The notes: a model not told the origin generated them from the sequence alone. 63,817 bases of DNA, filler included, from Octopus bimaculoides (GCF_001194135.2; 7 parts of 7 records of this genome joined end to end with filler, not necessarily neighbours in it), one strand, 5' to 3'. Shown: positions 13,157 through 25,355, counted from the first letter of the whole stretch. Numbers and translations are program-made.

Positions 13157-15930
13157 AGCTGACGTCATAAGAATTTATGAACGTTCGAGTGAACCAGGAA
13201 GAATTCGTTTTATAATTGGATCTCGATGTAGATATAAAGCTATTAATAACAGCATGTATATATTAGGCTGAGAAATCCAATTCGGTCAGAAAATGTGGAA
13301 GGCTGCCTTCGACTTTCAGCAACTAAAATGCATTAATAGATAGCTTTATACATAAATCAAGATCTGATATACCTATATCAAGGCAAGCTGAAAGATATTG
13401 TCGGGTAAGACTCAGGCAGAAGAGAAATGGGTTAAAAGTGAAGAATCGAGAGATTCACAAGTGTGGTCCACTCTAACCGTCAAGAAATTTACCAACCGAA
13501 TACATTAAGAACTGCAAGAAACTGAAAAAGAATCAAGGATTCGTATTTTCTTCCTGAAAACTTGACTGATATTAGTACCATTGGTTATGTGTCAGCAGCA
13601 TTCCAAGAACTGAGAAGCAGACCAAAATCAAGTGTTAAATCATTGATTCTGTTCAGACAGAGCTCAAAACATGCAAATCCCTTACATTTAGAGTCTAGAA
13701 CAGTATGATTATTCGAAAGTAATATCATATAACCAGATGAGGAAAGATGGCGCTAGATAACTATGACGGTGTAAAGAACAGCGTCTGGTTAATCCGACTA
13801 TCAGAAATGATAGCAAAATGTGGAAAACAAACTTTGATATGGTTTGGTTTGATTTACGATTCATTATGGAATATAGTTTTTAATCGTACCTATGACTCCA
13901 TTAAGAAATATGCTGAAATAAATGATAATGTTTATAGATGCCATGGGAAAACTAAAGGCATCTCCTCTAATATGGATGACTTAAGGATTGAAGAGAAAAT
14001 TCCTATTAGGAAAAAAAGTTTCTGCGAGCTTACATATGAGTAGCAAGTTAGCTATTGTAAGAAAAGAAGAATTAAGTAAAATGGAAAGAATTACCTTACA
14101 CTGAAATTAGAGATTTGAACTACAATTCTCATACAAACACTAAAGATAAAACACGTACAAATGAAATAAGTAAATAAAAAGAGATGCAGAAGATTTAGTC
14201 TGGTATTAAAAGCTGAAATCAATACCAGAAATAGATGAACAGGTATAATTAGACTAGCCATCCTAGTTATAAAATTCAGCTACAACTTAAGCTTAGTATT
14301 AAGTAAATTACACTGATAAAACAAAGAGAAAAAAAGGAGTAAACTACTAGCAGCGTTGAGAAGCAACCACCTCGAAGATTATATAGGCGGAATATACGTA
14401 CGCCAGAAAGAGGAGGTCTGGATGTGATGCTAATAGAAGCTACAATAAAATTTAAACTGTAAGACTAGAAATACTTAGAAGCAGGGAAAGGGAAGCTGAT
14501 TAGTGAAATAAGGATGCATAAGAAAATATTATCTCTGCATAAGCAAACCATAAAATATAAACTGGAAACAAGCTACATTAAAAGGCTGTGTGGTAAGCAG
14601 CTTGCTTACCAACCACATTTTTTCCGGGATCAGTCCCACTGCATGACACCTCGGGCAAGTGTCTTATACTATAGCCTCGAGTCGACGAAAGTCTTGTGAG
14701 TGGATTTGGTGGACGGAAACTGAAAGAAGCCCATCGTATATATGTATATATATNNNNNNNNNNTGTGTGTCTGTGGTTGTCCCCACAACATCGGTTGACA
14801 ACCGATGGTGGTATGTTTACGTCCCCGTAACTTAGCGATTCCGCAAAAGAGACCGATAGAATAAGTACTAGGCTTACAAAGAATAAGTCCTGGGGTCGAT
14901 TTGTTCGACTAAAGGCGGTGCTCCCGTATGGCCACAGTCAAATGACTGAAACAAGTAGAAGAGTAAAAGGGTAAAGAGTAAAAAGAGTAAATCCAAAATG
15001 TGCTAGATAAAGAGAAAAAGACACCGTGAAATGAACATTCCAATACAAAGTAAAAGATAATAGAAGTAATATCTACCCGATGGTCAATACCCTGCAATGC
15101 AACATTGGAAATAAGCTAGTAAGAAAGCCAACAATAGCATAAAATCTCTGGGCTAAAAGTAGACACGAAAAATTTGTGTTTGGCTGCCAGGATGTCTGGC
15201 CACAAATAACTGGAAAAAGAAAGAAAGAAAAAAGCAAAAACAGTAAAAATGCCAACACGAAATGTGAGACAATTGACCGCTTTATTTCCAGCTGCTTTGT
15301 CTGTATACATGTCCGAGTATATCTTCAGACAAGATCGAGTTGGCATCGTCGTCTACTGTACAATGATTGTGCCAGCATTTCAACATGAAATAAGTCGTAT
15401 AAGCATGCACTAAATACGCTACACTCTGCCCAAGTAGCCAAGAAATTAAAATGCACTGTCCAGGTATAATTATCAAAGCTTGGAATAAAAACCTCTCTGC
15501 TCTTCTAGAAAGCTCGATCTCTTATAAAAGCCGAATGCGACTTGTGAAAACGTGAACAGATTCAATGCACTTGTATCAATACAGAAAAAAAAACATAAGC
15601 ATAAAACCGCAACAAACAAGTTCGGTTCACAATTCGACAAAGGGTTCAAAAATAGTCCTACTAGATAAACTATATTTCTTGTGAAATACATATTTAATTC
15701 GGTAACATTTTCTTACTCCATCGTCCATGAAAGATTCACAAATCACATGTTCTGTTAAAAGAACCACCGAATAATATAAATCTACACCCACATAGTACAT
15801 ACACCACATAATTTCGAGCGAATGTGATAACATAATCCACACATCAGATACATCACACAATCATTGTTAACTAAAGTGATACAACACATTCTCATACATA
15901 AGGGATACGCCATATGAATATATGACACAC
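11850..15930 (+). mobile_element. Near-full-length but heavily decayed R4/Dong-clade element, interrupted by a microsatellite/gap (about 12950-13145) and SINE A (14583-14990)
   Basis: RT motif CKEQRLVNPTIRNDSKMWKTNFDMVWFDL (about 13770, GCK.QLLI..NL.M.W.DY type), RRFSLVLKAEINTRN..IIRLAI (about 14200), LKVDTKNLCLAA (about 15145), CETIDRFISSC and EYIFRQDRVG (about 15265-15345), IQHILI (about 15880). The 5' boundary is uncertain. Confidence 0.75.
14583..14990 (+). mobile_element. SINE family A, full length, inserted in the R4/Dong relic
   Basis: ggctgtgtggtaagcagc (A box)...gggatcagtccc (B box)...cacctcgggcaagtgtctt...internal TA/TG tract...tail gcggtgctcccgtatggccacagtcaaatgactgaaacaagtagaagag. 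Confidence 0.9.
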
Positions 15931-16219
15931 CAAAGACTAGGCACGTAGCTCATACTCTTCAAAATCACCACCGGATTCTAAAACATAAAATTGATCTCAT
16001 TAGTACAAACGAATTAGAATAATCCAAAAACAAAATAAACCCAACTCGTACTGCATATATTTCACAAAACAATGAGACGAAACGATAAGCTAATGCCAGA
16101 CACAGCAAAATATACCCTACGGTGAAGCATTATAACAAGAAAAAATATTTGACACGCTCAAAAGAAATTTGCACAAACGCAGGGATATAGCTTTATAAAA
16201 TATGATGATGCTACTACTA

Positions 16220-16403
16220 ATAATGGTTTTAAATTTTGGCACAGGGGCAGTAAATTCGGAGGATTGGACTCAATGCTCAACTTGGTTCTTATTCTATTGA
16301 CCCCGAAAGAATGAAAGGCAAAGTCGACCTCGGTGGAATTTGAACTCAGAAAGTAAAGACGGACAAAATGCCGTTAACCCTTCTGCCAACAACTAGCCGC
16401 CTT
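16220..16403 (-). mobile_element. SINE family B (Nin/Deu-domain-like), tail type 3, with 13-bp TSD
   Basis: gaccccgaaagaatgaaaggcaaagtcgacctcggtggaatttgaactcagaa core. Direct repeat gatgctactacta at 16207-16219 and 16404-16416. Confidence 0.85.
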
Positions 16404-16424
16404 GATGCTACTACTATTAATAAT

Positions 16425-16628
16425 TTCTTCTAACAGGAGCAAGACCTGAAATTTTGGCGCAGTGGGTAATCTATTACCTCGATCCCAGTACTTTATTGAT
16501 ACTTATTTCTTCGACCACGAAAGGATAAAGGGAAAGTTGATCTCGGCGGAATCTAAGCTCGTAAAGACTGAAGAAATACCACAAAGCCTCATGTCCGCCG
16601 TGCTAATGATTCTGACAGTTCGCTGTTT
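16425..16628 (-). mobile_element. SINE family B, diverged copy, tail type 1
   Basis: caagacctgaaattttgg...cgaccacgaaaggataaagggaaagttgatctcggcggaat...gtgctaatgattctgacag. Confidence 0.75.
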
Positions 16629-18277
16629 TAATACAACAAATTATAATAACAATAGTTTCTACTTTATGCGCAAGGATACATTTTTTTAGCATATGCGCAT
16701 GGCAGCCTTCAGCATTTTGTGGAAGGTGTGTAGTGGGGGGTATTCACTCCAGTACTTCACAAGTACCTATTTTATTGGCTCAAGAAAAGTGGACCTCTGT
16801 TACATAGGAACGTACAAGATGCAAAGCATTCCAGCAAAATGACAAAAACAGGCTTGTGTCGTATTGCTACAATGTGCCAGTTGCTATTTTTCAAGCCATA
16901 GTAGCGAGTATTCATAGTTCTCTACAAAGAATTTAAATATATTGAAAAAAAATAGTTGTTACTGAAGAGCAGATCTCTGTGAGTTTATACCTGAGTGTCC
17001 TAACTTGTGTGTGCGTGAATCGCTTCTAGAGTTTCGGGCCTTCCCCTTCGTCTTAGAATAAGGGAGAGACTGTGTTGTTACTGTTTCACCTGAGCGCAGC
17101 TACCTATCATAGTTAAATATTTTTTTCGCGTGCATGCGTGCTTGCGGGTACTGGTGCAGCGGCGTCCTGATTTGAAAGGAACGAGAAACTGTTGTCACCA
17201 ATGCAAGAAGTTTTCGTGATGTGGGTTCCTGGCTTTAAAGTGTTAAAGGAAGCGTGAAATGATAACTGCAGTATAGCTGTACTGCGGATTCCGTTATGAA
17301 ATAATTAATTGAGCAAAGAGTCGCAGATGGAATATGTTATGTGTCATAAAGTGGTTCTTTCATTCAGGAGCTAGAAAGAAAATGCGATATTTGAAGTTAG
17401 TATTTCTATAGATTATTGATCAGACAGTTTGTGGTGGTGGTGGTTGTTGTGGTGGTGGTTTTGATGATGATGATGATGATGATGACGGCGGCGACGATGA
17501 CTAGATTGGTAATAGGGTTTGACTGGCTGGAATGTGTCACAAGATCTCTGCTGTATTGTTGATTAGAGCAGACTGCTCTTCAAAGCGAGATCTTAGATTG
17601 AAAGCGTAGATCAGCAGCGACTGATGAGTGGAATATTAAGTTTCATAAGAAGTCAACGTTTATTAATTAGTCAACAATATTCGGATTATATGTGTGTGTG
17701 TGCGCGCGCGCGCGTATGTGCTCGTAGTGGAGTATGTGATTGCATGGTGTATATATGTACCTCTGTCTCTGTGTTTGTATGTGTGTATAGATTTTTAAAA
17801 TATATGAATGGAAGTTATTTATCCAAGTCAATATTAATCACTATGTTTTGTATAAAATTGTGATTGGTGTCGGTTGTGTTATTTAATTCCCAGATCAAAA
17901 AAGACGTTCCATCAAAACTATTACAACCGTGACCATATTGTTTTATTTATTGTTTTCATGGACAGAGTATCTAGGATCAAATTATTCAATTCCAAGATTA
18001 GATAAGGTGATTCTAGATACTCTCTGATCGATGGTCGATTCTAACGTTACCAGTAAAGGCACTGCACAAACACACATTCACAACTGCACACCTATACATA
18101 CAGATACATATACATGAAAATTCAAAAATATACACACATATACACACAGTACACGCTGAAATAAACAATGGTTATGACATTAGCCATCCGCAAATAGATA
18201 TTTTTACCCACCAAGGAAATTGAATTGTATCTTTGAGGATTGTTTGCAGAACGTTCACAAGTTTTACTATTTTCCAG

Positions 18278-18319
18278 CTATTTATAACGATGGACTCAAT
18301 CAAAGTGCATTAATAGAAA
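18278..18319 (+). CDS. Candidate 42-nt internal coding exon of an unidentified gene (xIYNDGLNQSALIEx)
   Basis: Acceptor gttttactattttccag|, donor aa|GTAAGT, length a multiple of 3, one open frame (phase 1-1), non-repetitive context. No homology recognised. Confidence 0.3.
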
Positions 18320-18639
18320 GTAAGTTGATTCACTGTAAGAAGTGTCCACTCAGTCCATAATCTCATCAACCTGAGTTTCAAACTTGATTAAAGTTTGAGC
18401 CAATGAGAGAGAGAGCTTCTGATCAGAATAAAGACCTATAGTCACAATTGGAGCACATTTTTTTAAAAATGGCTTTGTTTAATCTGATCTGACATGGATG
18501 TAACATTAATAAAAACCAGATATTATCGGTACCAAGAACAACTACCACCACCACGAGCGCAAAATGAATCATCAGACAGATAGCTTCACACAGTAACAAT
18601 GGCAATACAATGTCTTTTACCTTGAACTGCTCTCTTTTC

Positions 18640-18826
18640 TTTTTCCTACTCTAGGCACAATGCCCGAAACTTTGGGGAGAGAGGGACAGTTGATTAGATC
18701 GGCCCCAGTACGCAACTGATATTTAATTTATCGACCCCGAAAGGTTGAAAGGTAAAGTGGACCTTGGCGGAATTTGAACTCAGAATGTAAAGACAGACGA
18801 AATACCACTAAACGTGCTAACGTTTC
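18640..18826 (-). mobile_element. SINE family B, tail type 1, 5'-clipped
   Basis: tcctactctaggcacaatgcccgaaactttgggga...atcgaccccgaaaggttgaaaggtaaagtggaccttggcggaatttgaactcagaa. Confidence 0.85.
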
Positions 18827-19060
18827 TTATTTCTTTACTACCCACAAGGGGCCAAACATAGAGGGGACAAACAAGGACTGCCAATGGGATTAAGTCGATT
18901 GGATCGACCATAGTACGCAACTGATACTTAACTTATCGACCTCGAAAGGATGAAAAGTAAAGTCGACCTTAGCGGAATTTGAACTCAGAAAGTAAAGACA
19001 GACGAAATACCGCTAAGCGTTTCGCCCGGGGTGCTAACGTTTCTGCCAGCTCACCACCCT
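18827..19060 (-). mobile_element. SINE family B, tail type 2, full length
   Basis: ttatttctttactacccacaaggggccaaacatagaggggacaaacaagg tail, Nin-like core, and head gtgctaacgtttctgccagctcaccaccct. Confidence 0.9.
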
Positions 19061-19610
19061 CCGTGAAGTGGTCTCTGAAAAAATCGTAAGACTACTCTTG
19101 AGCAAAGCCATTTCTTATACGGCTGCTCCGGTGTTAAAAAAAAAAATCAGCTACCACCTAAGAGACATCATTTCTATGGTTCTTTCTGTCTAACAGAAAT
19201 AGCAACAAGACTTCCTTCAAATCCCTCTCTATTTTCTAAGGAAAGGAATGGTGTGTTGGGTAACTGCTGTGCTAGAAATGCTAATATAATGTAACATAAG
19301 ATGGTCATATTTCGAACAGCGTTCATCATAGGCATGTTCGATTAGAACTTGACTGAGACTACGCAACAAACAAATGTCAGGCAGGCAATTGTTCAAACTG
19401 AACTCCTTCTTGAGCGACACATTATTCCATTCAAGTCAATACCGAATTGTAGATGATATTTATGGAATTTTGATTTACTGTCGAGTGACTTCTGGTCAAT
19501 CTTGTACACACATACACATATGTATGTATGTATGTATGTATGTATGAATGTATGAATGTGCGTCTATGTATGTATCGATATGCATATATATGTATATATA
19601 TCTATCTATC

Positions 19611-19658
<48 letters not shown>

Positions 19659-20356
19659 NNNNNNNNNNNNNNNNNNNNNNNNNNNNNNNNNNNNNNNNNN
19701 NNNNNNNNNNNNNNNNNNNNNNNNNNNNNNNNNNNNNNNNNNNNNNNNNNNNNNNNNNNNNNNNNNNNNNNNNNNNNNNNNNNNNNNNNNNNNNNNNNNN
19801 NNNNNNNNNNNNNNNNNNNNNNNNNNNNNNNNNNNNNNNNNNNNNNNNNNNNNNNNNNNNNNNNNNNNNNNNNNNNNNNNNNNNNNNNNNNNNNNNNNNN
19901 NNNNNNNNNNNNNNNNNNNNNNNNNNNNNNNNNNNNNNNNNNNNNNNNNNNNNNNNNNNNNNNNNNNNNNNNNNNNNNNNNNNNNNNNNNNNNNNNNNNN
20001 NNNNNNNNNNNNNNNNNNNNNNNNNNNNNNNNNNNNNNNNNNNNNNNNNNNNNNNNNNNNNNNNNNNNNNNNNNNNNNNNNNNNNNNNNNNNNNNNNNNN
20101 NNNNNNNNNNNNNNNNNNNNNNNNNNNNNNNNNNNNNNNNNNNNNNNNNNNNNNNNNNNNNNNNNNNNNNNNNNNNNNNNNNNNNNNNNNNNNNNNNNNN
20201 NNNNNNNNNNNNNNNNNNNNNNNNNNNNNNNNNNNNNNNNNNNNNNNNNNNNNNNNNNNNNNNNNNNNNNNNNNNNNNNNNNNNNNNNNNNNNNNNNNNN
20301 NNNNNNNNNNNNNNNNNNNNNNNNNNNNNNNNNNNNNNNNNNNNNNNNNNNNNNNC

Positions 20357-20646
20357 TATCGGTCTCTTTTTGCCGAACCGCTAAGTTACGTGGACGTAAA
20401 CACACCATCGGTTGTCAAGCGATGGTGGGGGGACAAATACAGACACACAAACACACATACATATATATATATACACATATACGACGGGCTTCTTTCAGTT
20501 TCCGTCTACCAAATCCACTCACAAGGCTTTGGTCGGCCCGAGGCTATAGTAGAAGACACTTGCCCAAGGTGCCACGCAGTGGGACTGAACTCAGAGCCAT
20601 GTGGTTGGTAAGCAAGCTACTTACCACACAGCCACTCCTGCGCCTA
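20357..20646 (-). mobile_element. SINE family A, young copy (tail in gap)
   Basis: Cleanest copy: ggagtggctgtgtggtaagtagc...gagttcagtcccactgcgtggcaccttgggcaagtgtcttctactatagcctcgggccgaccaaagcc (reverse complement). Confidence 0.9.
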
Positions 20647-20700
20647 TATGCAATGTTTTCTTTTTGATTTTGGTAAGCAGCGTCGATTTTTACAATTCTG

Positions 20701-20773
20701 TAAATAATAATAATAATTATTATAATAATTATAATGATAATAATAATAATAATAAGAATAATAATAATAATAA
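20701..20773. repeat. (TAA)n microsatellite
   Basis: Directly visible. Confidence 0.9.
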
Positions 20774-20851
20774 TTTTTAAGCTTAAAGCTTAAGAAAATA
20801 GTCTAATATTGAGGCATATAAACCCACGACGGAAAAACACGTAGGTGTCCC

Positions 20852-20917
20852 GTAAGCATGGTACTCGAACCAATAGCTCTTTGTTTTCAAGACAAGTGTG
20901 TTACCAAAAACCATTGC
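20852..20917 (-). pseudogene. Degenerate tRNA-like sequence (Ser-TGA-like anticodon arm) or head of an unrecognised SINE
   Basis: Reverse complement: aatgg..ggtaacacacTTGTcttgaaaACAAagagctattGGTTCGAGTacc, giving an anticodon-like stem with a CTTGAAA loop and a B box. The acceptor stem is not intact. Confidence 0.3.
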
Positions 20918-21117
20918 AGAAAATTGCATGATGTTTGTTTACAAAAGCAAAACTACGAACTAGTTATGGTTCTTAAATGAAACGGGAAAAATGCATATTG
21001 TACGTTGGTGTAATGGTAACGCACGGGGAAAACTAAATATTGTCCGTACAGGGTTATCAGACTATTTTTTCGATATATGTATATTTTAAAAAGAAATACA
21101 CACGTGAGCATGTATGC

Positions 21118-21153
<36 letters not shown>

Positions 21154-21885
21154 NNNNNNNNNNNNNNNNNNNNNNNNNNNNNNNNNNNNNNNNNNNNNNN
21201 NNNNNNNNNNNNNNNNNNNNNNNNNNNNNNNNNNNNNNNNNNNNNNNNNNNNNNNNNNNNNNNNNNNNNNNNNNNNNNNNNNNNNNNNNNNNNNNNNNNN
21301 NNNNNNNNNNNNNNNNNNNNNNNNNNNNNNNNNNNNNNNNNNNNNNNNNNNNNNNNNNNNNNNNNNNNNNNNNNNNNNNNNNNNNNNNNNNNNNNNNNNN
21401 NNNNNNNNNNNNNNNNNNNNNNNNNNNNNNNNNNNNNNNNNNNNNNNNNNNNNNNNNNNNNNNNNNNNNNNNNNNNNNNNNNNNNNNNNNNNNNNNNNNN
21501 NNNNNNNNNNNNNNNNNNNNNNNNNNNNNNNNNNNNNNNNNNNNNNNNNNNNNNNNNNNNNNNNNNNNNNNNNNNNNNNNNNNNNNNNNNNNNNNNNNNN
21601 NNNNNNNNNNNNNNNNNNNNNNNNNNNNNNNNNNNNNNNNNNNNNNNNNNNNATATATATCTGAAAGTTGGGACACTGATGTATATGCCTGCAAGCTATA
21701 TGCTTGATAAAAGTATATGTGCCAAGGCAGTATAATTGTGTTTAATCTGAACGTGATATTCAACCACCGAAAGTATAGAACACCTTAAAATGTTGCCGAC
21801 ACTATAATTTTATGGCTATATGATTTAAAGAAGCATGAAGAATGGAGCTCGAATATAGCACATTAAGAAAATATTGAAAATGTAC

Positions 21886-21918
<33 letters not shown>

Positions 21919-23246
21919 CCTATCTAGCTAGCTATCATTCTATCTATCTATATATATCTGTATGTATGTATGTCTACCTGCCTCTGTGTGTGTATGTATA
22001 TATATAATATATATATGCATACATGCGTACACGTATATATATATATATATATTATTCAGGCATACATACTCATACATACAATCATACATACGTACATATA
22101 TACATGTGTATATATATACATATATGTATATATATGAGCATATTTTATAAATAAATTTACATATGTGTATGTATATATGTATGTGTGTGTGTGTGTGTAC
22201 ATACAGAGTGAGAGAGAGAGAGAGGGGGGAAGAGACGGAGAGAAAGAGAGGGAGAGAGAGAGAGAGCATTCAAAAGTTTTGATAGTATTGTAAAGCACAT
22301 ATCCAAAGCACCAATTTGTACATACCACAAAAATATACAAAGACTTACGGAAAAAGAAGACGGACACATTCACACTCACACACACACACACTCACACACA
22401 CACACACTCACACACATACTGTCTCAGTCACACTCAAACAATAAAAAAAAAAACAATAAAGAGTATATGAATGTAAGTCAAATAAAAAAAAACAATAAGT
22501 TACAAATATTTTGGAGAAGAAAGTTGTGATATCGTTCTAAGTCTTTCAGCCAATACAGTGTTTTTGCTATCTTGTTAGCAAATTGCTAGATGTATTGATT
22601 TACCGTTAATGCCAAAGTTATTCCTGCTTCCAGCTATTTCTGATAACGTATTTAACCAGCGTTCTGCAATGGATTTACCATTACAGTGTATGATGTTGAA
22701 TATACACCGTTAACTCTATCTTAAATATCTTCATAGAAATCATTGTGTCCTTTCGTTTCTGAATGAATTCCAGTTCGTTTTAGAAGTTCTCATGTATCTA
22801 CGAATGTGATTTCATCACTTAACTCTGAAAGCTTACGTGTACGTCACTGCCTGCCCGTGTATGCGTGCATTTTTGCGCTTGGTGCCAAACAGCGTAGGAG
22901 CGTGAAAACGCAATGGTAGAGGATACAAGAAAATATTTCAGTGTATTGATATGTGTTTGAATGCGTATGGATATAGAGATATACACATATACATACACTC
23001 ACATACACACAGAGATATACATATATATATTATATGAATATATATGTACACATGCATGTGTATGTGTGTGTGTGCATGTTTATGTGTTTATGTGTGTGTG
23101 AGAGTGTTTGTGTGTGTAATTTAACTGTACTAAAAGCAAAGGTGATAAATTTACTCAACTCCTACACTTTAAATTGATTCTTTCGAAGATGAGCTTCCTG
23201 TTGTCTTACATTCGATATACTTTATACACACACGAACATACACTGT

Positions 23247-23283
<37 letters not shown>

Positions 23284-23315
23284 ACACNNNNNNNNNNNNN
23301 NNNNNNNNNNNNNNN

Positions 23316-23363
<48 letters not shown>

Positions 23364-23559
23364 GCACGCACGCACATGCACGCACATGCACACACAAATG
23401 ATCGTACTTACACATAATTTTATACGTAGTTTTTCAGATATTGGCATATCTAATTTTAAAAATTTAATCTCGATCGTGGTTGTGGGAGTGGATTTCCACT
23501 GCTCGATTATGAGCAACCATACAATTATTGGATTAAGTGCATGACCTTCTCTCGAATTA

Positions 23560-23645
23560 GTGTAAAAGTGCCTAAGCATTCCATGTACAGGTGTACCCTT
23601 AATGTTATCTTCAGGCAAAATCAGCGTGATACAGTGTACGTGATA
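23560..23645 (-). mobile_element. Degenerate fragment of SINE family D core
   Basis: aagtgcctaagcattcca..caggtgtacccttaatgtta...cagcgtgatacagtgt aligns with caagtgactgagcactccacagacacgtgtgcccttaacgtag...cagcgtgacacagtgt at 27863-27935. Confidence 0.6.
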
Positions 23646-23944
23646 GGAATGTTCTGTCGGAATCAGAACTGCAATCCATTCAAAGGTTTTCTGCACAATT
23701 TCCACCCAATCGAATTCATTCTCAAATTCTGGATCGACCCAGTGTTATAAGAAAGGAGTCTTACCCAAAAAGCCAGCCAATGGAATCCACCCAATGGCAT
23801 CCACCCAATGGAATCAAACAAAAGAGATCGTTGTAGCGAAACGGATTTGTTAAGTATTAGGCCACGCTACGCTCATATTGTTTGAAGTGACCTCGGAATA
23901 GAAATATTTTAAAGGGCAAATATATATACTATATACATGGTTAG

Positions 23945-24180
23945 TCCACATTAATCTGCAAGGAGCACAGGGACGGTCTCCTGGTTTCTCTGGCATATAT
24001 ATTCCTCCTTAGACAGGACGCTGGTTCCTCGCAAGACTACGCATTTTAAACTAGATTGTTTGTAGCGACGGGAAATGAAGTGTTTTGCTAAAGACAAAAG
24101 CGCATCGCCCAGTCTAGGGAATGAAAGCACAATTTTACGATCATGAGTCCAACACTCTGACCATTAATCTGCACGCCTCT
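23945..24180 (-). mobile_element. SINE family C (Meta/V-like domain), diverged
   Basis: Reverse complement has gtcagagtgttggactcatgatcgtaaaattgtg head, agcaaaacacttcatttc body and gaaaccaggagaccgtccc tail. 12-bp direct repeat cattaatctgca at 23949 and 24162. Confidence 0.75.
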
Positions 24181-24282
24181 CTCTATATATGTATATATAT
24201 ATATATATATATATGGTGATGATAATGATGATGATGATGATGATGATGTTGATGATGATCATCATCATCATAGCTTCATCTT

Positions 24283-24512
24283 ATTTCTTTATTGCCTACA
24301 ATGGGCTAAACATACAAGGGACAAACAAGGACAGACAAATGGATTAAGTCGATTGCATCGAGCCCAGTCCGTAACTGGTACTTATGTAATCGACCCTGAA
24401 AGGATGAAAGGCTAAGTCGACCTCGGCGGAATTTGAACTCAGAACGTAAAGACAGACGAAATACCACAAACATTTCGCCCAGCATGCTAACGTTTCTACC
24501 AGCTCGCCGCCT
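24283..24512 (-). mobile_element. SINE family B, tail type 2, full length with 15-bp TSD
   Basis: Perfect direct repeat tcatagcttcatctt at 24268-24282 and 24513-24527. Core gaccctgaaaggatgaaaggctaagtcgacctcggcggaatttgaactcagaacg. Confidence 0.92.
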
Positions 24513-25120
24513 TCATAGCTTCATCTTGACTGATGGTAGCCGTTCCATTAACACTCACATCACACCCGTCATACAGCACAACCCCTCCGTTGACGAGCCC
24601 TCAGGTGACTTTTAAGACCAGCTGCAGACTTACAAGTTTTAAAACACAAATGACAGATATTATTTAAGTTTCTTCTATATCTTTGTCCTTTGGAATTTGA
24701 TTCCAAAGGACTGTTTTTGTGAACTAGCATGTTTTTTTTTTTTTTCAGTTTTGTGACATACGGCACAAGTCGTATGAGGTAATGGGGCTTCAAGATTATA
24801 ACCTACCTAGGCATTTCGATTTTATGTGATTTAATGTGATTCCCGTATCCTGCTTTTGACAACAGAACGCTGCTGATTTCAGTTCCAACCGTTCCTTTCC
24901 GAAAAGCCCTTTTAAGCTCAAAGTGCTGAATCATCTTTTCCTCCCAGCCGTTGCAACCAGTCCTAACAGCATCTCTCCACTTGTTCCTATCCAGAGCATT
25001 AGTTTCTCATTCACTTTTTCTAATAAATCAGCAAAGTTTGTGTACAAATCTTTCTATAGTCAACGTTCAGAAGTTGAGTAGTATCTTAAAAATTGACATA
25101 TATATCTATCTATCTCTCTC

Positions 25121-25159
<39 letters not shown>

Positions 25160-25186
25160 GTCTGTCTCTCTATCTCTCTATCTATC

Positions 25187-25221
<35 letters not shown>

Positions 25222-25255
25222 TTATATTTATATTTATCTATCTATCTAGCTAGCT

Positions 25256-25355
25256 NNNNNNNNNNNNNNNNNNNNNNNNNNNNNNNNNNNNNNNNNNNNT
25301 TAATTAATTAANNNNNNNNNNNNNNNNNNNNNNNNNNNNNNNNNNNNNNNNNNNN
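25256..25355. other. Scaffolding join 44N-TTAATTAATTAA-44N (also at 29354-29453, 42225-42324, 55291-55390, 60920-61019, 62084-62183)
   Basis: Six identical 100-bp blocks. The 12-mer has stops in all six frames, so it is an artificial linker. Confidence 0.95.

Noticed and set aside
17369-17396. 28-nt exon-like segment (ttctttcattcag|...|gttagt)
   Set aside because: Not a multiple of 3, two frames are closed, the donor is weak and there is no supporting context.
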